Notes: generated by a model from the sequence alone, not told the origin. A stretch of 64,000 nucleotides of DNA from Actinomycetota bacterium (GCA_021325435.1 JAJPHE010000126.1:27791-91790), one strand, 5' to 3'; positions 10,109 to 20,651 are shown, counted from the stretch's first letter. Translations and numbers: made by a program.

Positions 10109-11329
10109 TCAGTCGAACAGGGCCTCGACGAACTCGTCGGGGTCGAAGTCCACCAGGTCCTCGGCGGCCTCGCCGACGCCGACCAGCTTCACCGGCAGTC
10201 CCAGGTCGTGCTGGATGGCCAGGACGATGCCGCCCTTGGCGGTGCCGTCGAGCTTGGTCAGCACCACGCCGGTGACCCCGACCGCCCCGGTGAACTCGCG
10301 GGCCTGGGTGAGGCCGTTCTGGCCGGTGGTGGCGTCGAGGACGAGGAGGACCTCGGTCACCCGGCCCGGCTCGCGCTCGGCGACCCGGCGGACCTTCTTG
10401 AGCTCCTCCATCAGGTTGACCTTGGTGTGGAGCCGCCCGGCGGTGTCGGCCAGGACGAGGTCGGCGCCCCGGGACGCGGCCCGCTGGACGGCGTCGAACA
10501 CCACCGAGCCCGGATCGCCGCCCTCGGCCCCCCGTACCAGGTCGGCGCCGACCCGGCGGGCCCACAGCTCCAGCTGCTCGGCGGCGGCCGCCCGGAAGGT
10601 GTCGGCCGCCGCCATCACCACCTGCTGGCCCTCGCTCACGTGCCGGAGGGCGACCTTGCCGATGCTGGTGGTCTTGCCCACCCCGTTCACCCCCACGAAC
10701 AGCCAGACGTTCGTCGCTCCGGCCTCGAGGTGGAGGGCGTGGTCGCCTTCGGAAAGGTCCTCCTTCAGCTGGGCCTTGAGGGCGGCGACCAGCTCTTCCG
10801 GCGTGCCCAGAGACTCGGCCTTCACCCGCTGGCGGAGGGAGTCGAGCAGGGTTTGAGCGGTGGCGACGCCGACGTCGGCGCGGATGAGTGCCTCTTCGAT
10901 CTCGTCGAACGCCTCCTCGTCGATCGAGGTCCGGGACAGCACCGAGCCCACGTAGCCGGACAGCAGGCTGCGGGCCCGGCCCATGCGCTGGCGGAAGCTG
11001 GGCCGGGGCGGGGCCTCCGGGGGAGCCGGGGCCTCGGGCTCGGGCAGAACCCGGAGGTCGGGCACGGGCTGGGCCTCGACGACCTCGCCCGGCGCCACCT
11101 CGACCGGAGAGGTGGCGTCCTCGGGCAGGGCGGTCTGGAAGGCCTCCTCGACCTGGCGGGCGACGTCGGCTTGGACCTGGTCGGCGACGGCCCGGTCGCG
11201 ACTGTCGACGGCCACCCCCGGAGCGGGGGGCTCGAGGTCCACACCGCGCCGCGACCGGACGGCCACCGCCGTCAGCACGACGAAGGCGAGAGCGACCGCG
11301 ACAACGACGATGACAACCACGACTTCCAT
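10109..11329 (-). CDS. ftsY: SRP receptor FtsY with N-terminal TM helix
   Basis: GVNGVGKTT, DTFRAAA, DTAGRLH, TKLDGTAKGG. Confidence 0.96.
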   Translation of the reverse strand: MEVVVVIVVVAVALAFVVLTAVAVRSRRGVDLEPPAPGVAVDSRDRAVADQVQADVARQVEEAFQTALPEDATSPVEVAPGEVVEAQPVPDLRVLPEPEAPAPPEAPPRPSFRQRMGRARSLLSGYVGSVLSRTSIDEEAFDEIEEALIRADVGVATAQTLLDSLRQRVKAESLGTPEELVAALKAQLKEDLSEGDHALHLEAGATNVWLFVGVNGVGKTTSIGKVALRHVSEGQQVVMAAADTFRAAAAEQLELWARRVGADLVRGAEGGDPGSVVFDAVQRAASRGADLVLADTAGRLHTKVNLMEELKKVRRVAEREPGRVTEVLLVLDATTGQNGLTQAREFTGAVGVTGVVLTKLDGTAKGGIVLAIQHDLGLPVKLVGVGEAAEDLVDFDPDEFVEALFD

Positions 11330-11365
11330 CGCCGGGGAGCCTACCGAGCCCCCGCGGCCGCTCCG

Positions 11366-14300
11366 TCAGGCGCCGGCGGCGACCTTCTCGCTGATGACCC
11401 GGCTGGAGCCGCCCGGCTGCATCGTCACCCCGTAGAGGCAGTCGGCGGCCTCCATGGTGCGCTTCTGGTGGGTGACGATGAGGAGTTGGGCCTCGTCGCG
11501 GAACTCGCGCACCAGGTCGATGAAGCGATGGAGGTTCACGTCATCGAGGGCCGCTTCGACCTCGTCCATCAGGTAGAAGGGCGAAGGGCGGCTGCGGAAC
11601 ACGGCGAACAGGAAGGCGATGGCGGTCAGCGACCGCTCCCCGCCGGACAGCAGCGAGAGGCGCCGCACGTTCTTCCCCGACGGCCGGCCCTCGATCTCGA
11701 CGCCGGTCTCCAGCAGATTCTCCGGGTCGGTGAGACGCAGCTGGCCGGAGCCTCCCGGAAAGAGGGTGGAGAACAGGTCCGAGAAGTTCGCCGACACGTC
11801 GGCGTAGGCGGCGGCGAACACCTCCACGATCTCGGTGTCGACGGCCCGGATGACCTTGGCCAGCTCGCGGCGGCTCGACTTCACGTCCTCGAGCTGGCCT
11901 TCGAGGAAGCCGTGACGCTCCTCCAGGGCGGCGTACTCCTCGAGGGCGAGGGGGTTGATGGGCCCCAGCAGACGCAGCTCGCGCTCGAGGTCGCGCAGCC
12001 GGGCCTCGGGCGAAGCCCCGTCGGGCATCTCCGGTCGGGGCGCGGCCTTGGCCGCGTCCGGCTCACAGTCGAGGTCGCGCCGGATGGTCTCCACCACCGC
12101 CTCGAGGCGCATGCGGGCCTCGGCTTCCTCGAGGGCGCCCTTCTGGACCCGGTCGCGGATCTGCTCGAGGGTTCGCTCGGCCTCGGAGCGAGAGCGCCGG
12201 AGCCCGTCGAGGTGGGCGGCCGCCGCCCGGGTGTCCTCCGCCTGGCGGCGCCGGCGGTCGCGCACGTCCGCGATCAGCTCTTCCAGGACGGCCGAGTGGC
12301 CGGACACGGTCTCCGCCAGCCGCTCGACGGCGGCCAGCGAGCGCTCGATGGCGACCCGGCGGGCGGCGGCCCGCTCGCGCTCGGCCACGTTCGAGCGCAG
12401 CCGCTCCTCGACCTCGGCGAGGCGTTGGGAGAGGACAGAGCGTCGCTCCTCGAGACCGGCGGCCCGTACCTCGAGGTCGGAGCGGAGGGCGGCGGCCGCC
12501 ACCACCAGCTCGTCGAGGCGCCGGCGCGCCTCGCGGCGTTCGGCGGCCCGCTCGGTCTGAACCCGTTCGGCTTCCTCCAGCTCCGGCAGGCGAGCCTCGA
12601 GGTCGGCCAGGGAACGCTCCTCTTCGGCGGCGCGGGCCTCGGCCTCACCCAGCTGGCGGGCCAGCGACTCGTCCTCGGCCTCCAGCTCGGCCCGCTGGGC
12701 GGTCAGGCTGGCCAGCTCGGAACGGTTGCGAGCGGCGGTGGATCCCCGTTCGGCGGCGGCCCGGGTGGCGACGTCCTCGTCTTGGCGGGCCTGGCTCAGG
12801 CGGGCCCGGGCCGCTGTCAGCGCCTCTGCGGACCGGGCGGCGTCGGCGGCTGCCTCGCCGGCCCGCCGGCGGGCCTCCTCGAGGGCGGCGCCGGTCGCTC
12901 CGGGTCCGGCCGCTCCGGTCCGCCAGCCGCGGGGCCCGAACCGGTGCCCCTCCCTGGTGACGGCGACGACGGCCGGGGCGTCGGTGGCGAGCCCCACCGC
13001 GTCCGACCAGGTGGCGGCGACGACCACGCCACCGAGGAGGGCGTCGAGGAGCTCGCCGACCCCGGGGTGCGAGGAGCGGACATGGGACCGGACCAGCTCG
13101 GCGCCCGACGGCACGGCCCGTCCGGTGGATCCTTCGCCGTCGGGCCGGCGCAGACCGAGGGGCAGCAGGGCGCCCCGCGCGTCTTGCTCGTGGAGCCGCG
13201 CCACCGCCGCCCGGGCGGCGGGGGGCCCGTCCACGACGACGGCGGCCACCGCGTCTCCCAGGGCGGCCTCGAACGCCGCCTCCCATCCGGGGTCCACCTC
13301 GACCAGGTCGAGCAGGGTGCCGACGATGCCGTCCATGCCGGCCAGGCGGGCGGCCCCGGCCCGGGCGGCAGCCTCGTCGAGGGCGAGCGCCAGGGCCTCG
13401 GCCCGGGCCGACCACGAGTGGCTGGAGCGCTCGGCGGCTCGCGACTCGGCCTCGGCCCGCTCGGCGGCAGCCTCGGCCGCCGCCCGGGCGGACGTGGCCT
13501 CCTCGACGGAGCGGGCCAGCTCCTCGGCGGAGCCGGATGCCACCGCCAACTCCTGCTCGAGGCGGGCGACCTCGGCGCCCAGGCGGGCCTTGCGCTCGGC
13601 TAAGGCGGTGCGCCGGGCGGCCAGGCGAGACATCTCCGCCCGGTCTCGCTCGAGGGCGGATCGGCGGCCGGCGACCGTGGCCCGCAGCTCGGCGGCGGAC
13701 GAGTCGGGCGCCTCCTCGTCCCCTCCCCACCGGGCGGTGAAGGCGTCTCGCTCCCGTTCGACCTTGAGCTCGGCCTCCTCCACCCGGCCGACCTCCTCGG
13801 CCAGCGAGCTGGCGCCCCGGTCGACCTCGGCCAGCTGGGTGGTGAGGGCGGCGGCATCGGCCTCGAGGGAGGCGACCACGCCCTCGTCGCGGGAGGCGGC
13901 GAGGTCTCGCTCCAGGGACCGGCGACGCTCGGCCAGCAGGGCGGTGAGGCCCCGAGCCCGTTGGCGGGCGCTCTCCAGGCGTCCGAGGGTGTCGGCCAGG
14001 TCGTCGTTGGCCGCCGATGCCGACACCGCGTCCTCGGCCTGGCGCACTTCGGCGTCGAGGCCGGCCAGACGCTGCTTCACCTCGACCTCGTTGGTGGCCA
14101 GCAGCCGCCGGCTGTCCGCCGCGGCGGCCAGCCGGTGCTCGAGGGAGGCGACCTCGCGCCCGGCGACGTGCAGGCGCAGGTCGCGCACGTGACCGGCGAG
14201 CTCGGCGTGGCGGCGGGCCGCTTCGGCCTGCTTCTCGAGGGGACGGAGCTGACGGCGAACCTCGCGGAGAAGGTCGTTGAGCCGGGTGAGGTTGGCCTCG

Positions 14301-14851
14301 GTCGACTCGAGCCGGCGCTGGGCCCGCTCGCGCCGGCGCCGGTACTTGAGGACCCCGGCCGCCTCCTCGATGACGAGCCGCCGGTCCTCCGGGCGGGCGT
14401 TCAGCACGGAGTCGAGCTGGCCCTGGCTGACGATGACGTGCTGCTGGCGGCCCACGCCCGAGTCGGAGAGCAGCTCCTGGATGTCCAGGAGGCGGCAGGG
14501 CACACCGTTGAGCGCGTACTCGCTCTCCCCCGAGCGGAACAGGGTGCGGGTGATGGTCACCTCGGTCAGCTCGATCGGAAGCAGCCCGGCCGAGTTGTCG
14601 ATCGTGAGCGACACCTCGGCCCGCCCGAGGGCGGGTCGCGACGAGGTGCCGGCGAAGATGACGTCCTCCATCTTGGCCGAGCGCACCGTCCGGGGGCCCT
14701 GGGCGCCCAGCACCCAGGCGACGGCGTCGACGACGTTCGACTTGCCGCTGCCGTTGGGCCCGACGACCGCGGTGACCCCGGGCTCGAACTCGAGCGTCGT
14801 GGAGTCGGCGAACGACTTGAAACCCTTGAGGGTGAGGGACTTCAGGAACAC
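11366..14851 (-). CDS. smc: Chromosome segregation protein SMC
   Basis: GPNGSGKSN, coiled coils and hinge, LSGGE, MDEVEAALD. Confidence 0.96.
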   Translation of the reverse strand: MFLKSLTLKGFKSFADSTTLEFEPGVTAVVGPNGSGKSNVVDAVAWVLGAQGPRTVRSAKMEDVIFAGTSSRPALGRAEVSLTIDNSAGLLPIELTEVTITRTLFRSGESEYALNGVPCRLLDIQELLSDSGVGRQQHVIVSQGQLDSVLNARPEDRRLVIEEAAGVLKYRRRRERAQRRLESTEANLTRLNDLLREVRRQLRPLEKQAEAARRHAELAGHVRDLRLHVAGREVASLEHRLAAAADSRRLLATNEVEVKQRLAGLDAEVRQAEDAVSASAANDDLADTLGRLESARQRARGLTALLAERRRSLERDLAASRDEGVVASLEADAAALTTQLAEVDRGASSLAEEVGRVEEAELKVERERDAFTARWGGDEEAPDSSAAELRATVAGRRSALERDRAEMSRLAARRTALAERKARLGAEVARLEQELAVASGSAEELARSVEEATSARAAAEAAAERAEAESRAAERSSHSWSARAEALALALDEAAARAGAARLAGMDGIVGTLLDLVEVDPGWEAAFEAALGDAVAAVVVDGPPAARAAVARLHEQDARGALLPLGLRRPDGEGSTGRAVPSGAELVRSHVRSSHPGVGELLDALLGGVVVAATWSDAVGLATDAPAVVAVTREGHRFGPRGWRTGAAGPGATGAALEEARRRAGEAAADAARSAEALTAARARLSQARQDEDVATRAAAERGSTAARNRSELASLTAQRAELEAEDESLARQLGEAEARAAEEERSLADLEARLPELEEAERVQTERAAERREARRRLDELVVAAAALRSDLEVRAAGLEERRSVLSQRLAEVEERLRSNVAERERAAARRVAIERSLAAVERLAETVSGHSAVLEELIADVRDRRRRQAEDTRAAAAHLDGLRRSRSEAERTLEQIRDRVQKGALEEAEARMRLEAVVETIRRDLDCEPDAAKAAPRPEMPDGASPEARLRDLERELRLLGPINPLALEEYAALEERHGFLEGQLEDVKSSRRELAKVIRAVDTEIVEVFAAAYADVSANFSDLFSTLFPGGSGQLRLTDPENLLETGVEIEGRPSGKNVRRLSLLSGGERSLTAIAFLFAVFRSRPSPFYLMDEVEAALDDVNLHRFIDLVREFRDEAQLLIVTHQKRTMEAADCLYGVTMQPGGSSRVISEKVAAGA

Positions 14852-14905
14852 GCTGGGGCGAGGTTACGTCAGGGTCCCCGGCCGAGGGTGTACCTCCGGA
14901 GCCGC

Positions 14906-15742
14906 CTATCTCTGGCAGTTGGGACAGAAGAAAGTCGACCTTCCACTCCACCGCAGGCGCTGCACCGGGCCGCCGCAGCGGCGGCAGGGAAGGCCCGCCC
15001 GGCCGTACACGCGGTGACGGAGCTGGAAGGCCCCGGGCACCCCGTAGATGTCGCGGTACTGGGCGTCGGCCAGCGAGGACCCTCGGTGTTCGACGGCCCG
15101 GCGCAGGGTGGTGACCATGGCTCGGTGGAGGCTTCGGGCCTCGGGCTCGGTCAGCCCGTCGGAGGTGCGGTCATGGCGCAGCCCGGCGGCGAAGAGGATC
15201 TCGTCTGAGTAGATGTTGCCGATGCCGGCCACGAAGCGCTGGTCCATCAGCAGCGCTTTGAGGCCGACCCGCCGGCCGCTCAGGCGGCGGGCGAACTCGG
15301 CCGGCCCGACCCGGTCCTCGAGGGGATCGAAGCCGAGGTGGGCGAGCTCGGCCAGCTCCGCCCCCGGCGCGGGCGGGGCGGTGACGAACAGCTCGCCGAA
15401 GGTGCGGGGGTCGACGAAGAGCAGGCGGCGGCGGTCGTCGAGCTCGAGGGTGACGTGGGTGTGGCGGGGCGGCTCGTCCTCCGGCGCCAGCAGCACCAGC
15501 TGGCCGCTCATCCCCAGGTGGATGACCAGGGCCTGGTCGCTGTCCAGCACGGCCACGATGTACTTGCCTCGTCGGCGGGTGCCCACCACCCGGTGGCCGG
15601 CGAGGCGGCGTCCGACCTCCCCGGGGTCGGCGTGGCGGCGGACCGACCGGATGCCCGTCGCCGCGGCGGAGACGACCCGCCGGCCGGAGACCTCGGCCTG
15701 CAGGCCCCGCCGGACGGTCTCGGCCTCGGGCAGCTCGGGCAC
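14906..15742 (-). CDS. mutM: Formamidopyrimidine-DNA glycosylase
   Basis: N-terminal PELPE, HLGMSG, GIGNIYSDE, C-terminal Zn finger CRRC..CPNCQ. Confidence 0.95.
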   Translation of the reverse strand: MPELPEAETVRRGLQAEVSGRRVVSAAATGIRSVRRHADPGEVGRRLAGHRVVGTRRRGKYIVAVLDSDQALVIHLGMSGQLVLLAPEDEPPRHTHVTLELDDRRRLLFVDPRTFGELFVTAPPAPGAELAELAHLGFDPLEDRVGPAEFARRLSGRRVGLKALLMDQRFVAGIGNIYSDEILFAAGLRHDRTSDGLTEPEARSLHRAMVTTLRRAVEHRGSSLADAQYRDIYGVPGAFQLRHRVYGRAGLPCRRCGGPVQRLRWSGRSTFFCPNCQR

Positions 15743-15747
15743 CGGCC

Positions 15748-16518
15748 CTAGCCGGGCTCGGCGACGGGCTCCGGGTCGGGACCCGCCGCGTCGGGCGAGC
15801 GCCGCTCGTCGCCCAGAACCGTCCACGCCGATCGGGCGGCGGCCTGCTCCGCCTGCTTCTTGGAGCGCCCCTCGCCCCTTCCCACCTCCCGGTCGCCGAG
15901 ATACACGGTGGCGTAGAAGCGCTTGGCGTGGTCGGGGCCGTCGTCGGAGACGTCGTAGCGGGGCAGCTGGTCGGCCCGGCGGGTGGCGAGCTCCTGCAGC
16001 CGGGTCTTGTAGTCCTGGCCCCCGGGGCCGAGGGCGGCCTCCTGGATCCGCTCCCCGAGCAGGCTCATCACCAGAGCCGATGCGGCACCCCAGCCCCCGT
16101 CGAGGTAGACGGCGCCGAGGACCGCCTCCATGGCGTCGGCGAGAATCGACGGCTTCTCGCGGCCACCGGAGAGATCCTCCCCCCGGCCGAGCAGCAGGGC
16201 GGGCCCGAGACCGACCGACGTCGCCACCTCGGCCAGCACCTCCGAATTGACGACGGCGGCCCTCAGCTTGGCCAGCTCCCCCTCGGGCAGGTCGGCGTAG
16301 GTGCGGAAGATGTGGTCGGTCACCACCAGGCCGAGCACGGCGTCCCCCAGGAACTCGAGGCGCTCGTTGGAGTGGTTGCCCGGGTTCTCGGCGCACCAGG
16401 AGCGGTGGGCCACGGCCCGGGCCAGCAGTTCCGGGTCGGCGAAGCTCAGGCCCAGCCGCTCGACCAGGGCGGCGACGCCGTCGGCCGGCTCCGGATCAGG
16501 ACGTTCCGAGCTTGGCAA
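15748..16518 (-). CDS. rnc: Ribonuclease III
   Basis: NERLEFLGDAVL, dsRBD (GPDHAKRF, SKKQAEQAAA); start uncertain. Confidence 0.95.
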   Translation of the reverse strand: MPSSERPDPEPADGVAALVERLGLSFADPELLARAVAHRSWCAENPGNHSNERLEFLGDAVLGLVVTDHIFRTYADLPEGELAKLRAAVVNSEVLAEVATSVGLGPALLLGRGEDLSGGREKPSILADAMEAVLGAVYLDGGWGAASALVMSLLGERIQEAALGPGGQDYKTRLQELATRRADQLPRYDVSDDGPDHAKRFYATVYLGDREVGRGEGRSKKQAEQAAARSAWTVLGDERRSPDAAGPDPEPVAEPG

Positions 16519-16792
16519 CCACGTAGTCGACCGCGTCGCGGACGGTCTTCAGGTCCTCGAGGTCCTCGTCCTCGATGCGGAAGCCGACCGTCCGCTCGCC
16601 GAGCTCCTCTTCGAGGGCCTCGACCAGCTCGATGAGGGCCAGGGAGTCGGCGTCGAGGTCCTCGCTAAAGGAGGCCGACTCGGTGATGGTGTCCGGCTCG
16701 ACCTCGAGGATGTCGGCCAACCGGTCGCGGATCAGCTCGAAGACCTGCTTGCGGTCCATCGGGGTCCTCTCCACGTGGGTCTCAGCCGGCAC
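16496..16792 (-). CDS. acpP: Acyl carrier protein
   Basis: DLDADSLALIELV phosphopantetheine motif; acidic. Confidence 0.93.
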   Translation of the reverse strand: MPAETHVERTPMDRKQVFELIRDRLADILEVEPDTITESASFSEDLDADSLALIELVEALEEELGERTVGFRIEDEDLEDLKTVRDAVDYVVAKLGTS

Positions 16793-16889
16793 TTCGTCTC
16801 CAGGCGGTGTCGTCGGGCCTCCGATGATACCGGGCCGTCCGCCGGCCCCTTCCGGCCCGGCGTCCCGGGGTTGGGCCAGCGTCAGGCGG

Positions 16890-17897
16890 TCAGGCCGAAG
16901 GCCGGGCGGCGGCGGCGGGGGTGGTGGTGGGGGACACCGCCTGGCGGATGCGGCCGACCAGGTCGGCGCCGACCATGTCGCGGGCGACGCCCAGGGCGTT
17001 GACGATGGCCCGGGCCGAGGACGAGCCGTGGCTGATGATGCAGACGCCGTCGACCCCGAGGAGCATCGCCCCTCCCGTGGTGTCGGGGTCGAGCTGCTCG
17101 GCCAGGGGGGCCAGGGCCGGCATGAGGACCTTGGCGGCCTCCCGGGCCTCGTCGGTCGAGGTCATGGCGGCGAGGACGGCGTCGACCACCGCCCGGATGC
17201 CGCCTTCCAGGGTCTTAAGGGCGACGTTGCCGGTGAACCCGTCGGTGACGACCACGTCGACCCGGTCACTGACGATGTCGCGCCCCTCGACGTTGCCGAT
17301 GAACTCCACCCCGGCGCCCCCCTCCAACAGGGCGTGGGTCTCCTTCACCACCGGGGTCCCCTTGGAGGGCTCCTCGCCTATCGACAGCAGGCCCACCCGG
17401 GGCCGGTCGATGCCGTAGCGCTCGGCGGCGAAGGCGGAGCCCATCTGGGCGAACTGGACGAGCATGGCCGGGGTGCACTCGGCGTTGGCCCCGGCGTCGA
17501 GCAGGACGGTGGGGGTCGAACCGGGCACCGGTATGGGCGTGGCGATCGCCGGCCGGCTGACCCCGGGCAGCCGGCCCATGCGCAGCAGGGCGCTGGCCAT
17601 GGCGGCCCCGGTGTTGCCTGCGCTGACCATGGCGGAGGCCCGCCCGTCGCGTACGGCCTCGGCCGCCCGGACCAACGACGAGTCCTTCTTGCGCCGCACG
17701 GCGTTGGCCGGGTCCTCGTCCATGGCCACCACCTCGGTGGCGGGCAGGACGGCCAGGCCACCGGCGTCGCCGATCCGGTCGGGGGGACCCACGAGGACCA
17801 CCTCCACGCCGAGGGACTCGACGGCCTGGCGGGCGCCGGCGACGATCTCGCCGGGGGCGTGGTCGCCCCCCATGGCGTCGAGGGCGATGGGAAGCAC
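16890..17897 (-). CDS. plsX: Phosphate acyltransferase PlsX
   Basis: IALDAMGGDHAP, SAGNTGA, TDGFTGNVALK, ISHGSS. Confidence 0.95.
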   Translation of the reverse strand: MLPIALDAMGGDHAPGEIVAGARQAVESLGVEVVLVGPPDRIGDAGGLAVLPATEVVAMDEDPANAVRRKKDSSLVRAAEAVRDGRASAMVSAGNTGAAMASALLRMGRLPGVSRPAIATPIPVPGSTPTVLLDAGANAECTPAMLVQFAQMGSAFAAERYGIDRPRVGLLSIGEEPSKGTPVVKETHALLEGGAGVEFIGNVEGRDIVSDRVDVVVTDGFTGNVALKTLEGGIRAVVDAVLAAMTSTDEAREAAKVLMPALAPLAEQLDPDTTGGAMLLGVDGVCIISHGSSSARAIVNALGVARDMVGADLVGRIRQAVSPTTTPAAAARPSA

Positions 17898-17903
17898 GGG
17901 CCG

Positions 17904-18083
17904 CTAGTCGACGTCGAGCGCCTGCCGGCCCCCGTACCAGCCGCAGTTGGGGCACACGACGTGAGGCAGCTTGGCCTCGCGGCAGTGGGGGCAGACGCTG
18001 CGGGGCGGAGCGGACAGCCGCCAGTTCGAGGCCCGCCGGCTGCGGCTCTTGGCCTTCGATGTCTTCTTCTTGGGGACGGCCAT
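17904..18083 (-). CDS. rpmF: 50S ribosomal protein L32 (Zn-binding form)
   Basis: Manual translation MAVPKKKTSKAKSRSRRASNW...CPHC...HVVCPNCGWY; not in the ORF track. Confidence 0.95.
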   Translation of the reverse strand: MAVPKKKTSKAKSRSRRASNWRLSAPPRSVCPHCREAKLPHVVCPNCGWYGGRQALDVD

Positions 18084-18089
18084 GTCGGT

Positions 18090-18605
18090 CTAGCTCCCGT
18101 GTGAGTCGGTTTGGCGCAGGGAGTCGAGGGCGGCCCAGCGGGGGTCCCCGCCCGCCGGCGGGCACTCGCACCGGACCTCGTTCAGGTCGGCTCCGCACGT
18201 CGGGCAGAGTCCCCGGCACTCCTCCCTGCAGAGGGGTGCCTGGGGCAGCTCGAGCAGTACAGCGTCGCGCGCCAGCGGCTCGAGGTCGAGCTCGTCACCG
18301 GCCAGCGGGTAGGTCTCGTCGCCGCTGCTGTGCTCCTCGTACAGCTCGCGGACCTCGGCGTGGAGGGCGCCGGTCGCCTGACCCAGGCAGCGCCGGCACT
18401 CCCCCTCCCACTGGGCGTCGACCCGGCCGGAGACCATCACCCCGTGGGTGACCGGCTCGAGCAGGACGTTGACGTCGATCTCGGACCCGGGACGGACCCG
18501 ACTGCCCGACACCGCCAGCCCGGCGATCTGGCCCCGTCGATGCTCGCGGCGGCTCCCCTGCCGGGCCAGGGAGGCGATCCCGACCCGGAAGTCGGTCCTG
18601 GTCAC
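18090..18605 (-). CDS. DUF177/YceD family protein
   Basis: ECRRCL, PLCREECRGLCPTCG, DPRWAAL; upstream of rpmF. Confidence 0.92.
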   Translation of the reverse strand: MTRTDFRVGIASLARQGSRREHRRGQIAGLAVSGSRVRPGSEIDVNVLLEPVTHGVMVSGRVDAQWEGECRRCLGQATGALHAEVRELYEEHSSGDETYPLAGDELDLEPLARDAVLLELPQAPLCREECRGLCPTCGADLNEVRCECPPAGGDPRWAALDSLRQTDSHGS

Positions 18606-19180
18606 GACCGGTCCTGGTCGAAGAACCCGCTGGCCGCCGGAGTAGTCGGCCCCGCCCCGGGCTCCACCATGCGGCCCACACCGTCGCCCCCCGCCTCGCT
18701 CGGGGGCGCCGGCGTGGCCTGGAGCCGCTCGCGCCCGGCGTGGACAGTCTTCATGGTCCGCTCGAGGACGATCTCGAAGGCGGCCAACTTCTGGTCGCAG
18801 TAGTCCTCCGCCTCGTGCCGGAGACGGGCCGCCTGCTCGCGGGACTCCTCGAGGATGCGCCGGGCGGCGTGCTCGGCCTCGCGCACGATCTCGGTGCGCT
18901 GCACCATGCGCTCGGCCCGGACCCGGGCGGCCTGCAGGATCTCGTCGGCCTCCCGCTGCACCTTGTCGAGGTACTCCTGGCGTTCGCGCAGCATCCAGCG
19001 GGCCTGGCGCAGCTCGTCGGGGAGCCGGTCGAGGGCCGCTTCGATCAGCTCGATGACCTCGTCCTTGCTGCTGATCAGAACCGAGGTCGAAAGCGGGACC
19101 GACTTCCCGTTGTTGATGACCTCCATGACCCGGCGCAGGAGCGTCTCGGAGTCGGGCTGGTCATGGCCGTCGGTGGTCAC
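18602..19180 (-). CDS. SepIVA/DivIVA-like coiled-coil protein
   Basis: LPDELRQARWML...AEDYCDQKLAAFE; located between coaD and DUF177. Confidence 0.75.
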   Translation of the reverse strand: MTTDGHDQPDSETLLRRVMEVINNGKSVPLSTSVLISSKDEVIELIEAALDRLPDELRQARWMLRERQEYLDKVQREADEILQAARVRAERMVQRTEIVREAEHAARRILEESREQAARLRHEAEDYCDQKLAAFEIVLERTMKTVHAGRERLQATPAPPSEAGGDGVGRMVEPGAGPTTPAASGFFDQDRS

Positions 19181-19656
19181 TGGGACAGCTTCTTCTTGAG
19201 GCGGGCGGCGACCGGTGACGGCACCAGGTCGGAGACGTCACCGCCGAGGCGGGCGACCTCACGTAGCAGGCGCGAAGCGATGAACGAGTAGGCGGGGCCG
19301 GTGGGCATCAGCAGCGTGTCGATCCCCGACAGGTTCTTGTTCATCTGAGCCATCTGCAGCTCGCTCTCGAAATCGGCCACCGCCCGAAGGCCCTTTACGA
19401 TCGCCTCAGCTCCCTCGCGACGGGCCACCTCCACGGTCAGCCCGGTCGCCGCCACGGTGCGGACGTTTCCGAGATGGGCGACCGCTTCGTCGATCATGGC
19501 CTGGCGCTCCTCGGCGCTGAACAGGGGGGCGGACTTGCTCGGATTGGGCAGCACCCCCACGACTATCTCGTCGAACAGCCGCGCCGCCCTCTCGACGACC
19601 TCGAGGTGGCCGTTGTGGAAAGGGTCGAAGGACCCCGGGATGAGGGCGATGCGCAA
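19177..19656 (-). CDS. coaD: Phosphopantetheine adenylyltransferase
   Basis: PGSFDPFHNGH, KGLRAVADFESELQMA; TTG start at 19656. Confidence 0.95.
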   Translation of the reverse strand: MRIALIPGSFDPFHNGHLEVVERAARLFDEIVVGVLPNPSKSAPLFSAEERQAMIDEAVAHLGNVRTVAATGLTVEVARREGAEAIVKGLRAVADFESELQMAQMNKNLSGIDTLLMPTGPAYSFIASRLLREVARLGGDVSDLVPSPVAARLKKKLSQ

Positions 19657-19660
19657 CTGG

Positions 19661-20209
19661 CTACCTTTCGAGCGGAGAAGGGCTGTCGCCCCCTGCCGCC
19701 GCCTTGGCGAAGAGCACAACAACGGTACCGCCGTGGCGGCGCGACCTGAGAACTCTCCAGCCGTCGGGGGCGGCGACCTCGTGGTCCGATTCCACCGCCA
19801 CCACCGAGGCGTCGAGTCGTCCCAGCAGTTCCGGCCATCCGGCGAAGTCGTAGGGCGGGTCGCACAAGGCGAGGTCGTAGGGCTCTCCGGCCTGCAGGAA
19901 GGAACCGGCGTCGGCTCGCACCACCCGGGCGGGCCCGACCCCGGTCGTCTCGAGGTTGGCCCGCACGACCCGCAGGGCCTCCGGGTCGCGGTCGACGAAG
20001 GTGGCCGACGCCGCACCTCTGGAGAGGGCTTCGATGCCCAGGGCGCCGGTGCCGGCGAACAGATCGAGGACCTTGGCCCCCACCACGGCGTCGAGGCTTC
20101 CGAGCATGGAGAACAGCGCCTCGCGCACCCGGTCGGAGGTGGGCCGGACGGATCGGCCAGCCGGCGTGACCAGCCGGCGGCCCTTCGCCGTGCCGGCGAC
20201 GACCCTCAC
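19661..20209 (-). CDS. rsmD: 16S rRNA m2G966 methyltransferase RsmD
   Basis: RPTSDRVREALF, LDLFAGTGALG, DPPY. Confidence 0.93.
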   Translation of the reverse strand: MRVVAGTAKGRRLVTPAGRSVRPTSDRVREALFSMLGSLDAVVGAKVLDLFAGTGALGIEALSRGAASATFVDRDPEALRVVRANLETTGVGPARVVRADAGSFLQAGEPYDLALCDPPYDFAGWPELLGRLDASVVAVESDHEVAAPDGWRVLRSRRHGGTVVVLFAKAAAGGDSPSPLER

Positions 20210-20243
20210 GGAGCGACAGTACCGGGCCGCTACCGTCGGGCTC

Positions 20244-20651
20244 GTGGACGGAGGCTGCTACGCCTGTGGTGACGACAATCCCGTGGGGCTCGGCCTGACC
20301 TTCGAGGCTCGCCCCCCGGGGGTGGTGGCCACCTTCAAGCCGCGCGCCGAGCATCGGGGGGCGCCCGGATTGCTGCACGGAGGGGTGGCCGCCACTTGCC
20401 TCGACGAGACCATGGCCGCCCTCGGCTTCCTGCTCGATGGCGTGCACACGGTCACGGCGACGCTCGAGTTGCGCTACCGGCACCCGGTTCCGCTCGACGG
20501 CGGGGCTGTCACCATCGAGGCGTGGCGCGATCGCACCGAGTCGCGGCGGCGCCAGCGGGTGCACGGTCGGCTGCTGTTGGCCGACGGACGAGCCGCAGTG
20601 GAAGCGCGGGGCATCTTCGTTCAGGTGCCGCGACGGACGGGGGGTGGTTGA
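20244..20651 (+). CDS. PaaI-type hotdog thioesterase
   Basis: CYACGDDNPVGL, LHGGVAATCLDE, LELRYRHPVP. Confidence 0.85.
   Translation: MDGGCYACGDDNPVGLGLTFEARPPGVVATFKPRAEHRGAPGLLHGGVAATCLDETMAALGFLLDGVHTVTATLELRYRHPVPLDGGAVTIEAWRDRTESRRRQRVHGRLLLADGRAAVEARGIFVQVPRRTGGG

Noticed and set aside
10208-13603. Long alternative ORFs (e.g. 1131 aa here, 1060 aa at 56725-59907)
   Set aside because: Antisense shadows of ftsY/smc and kgd caused by high-GC codon bias
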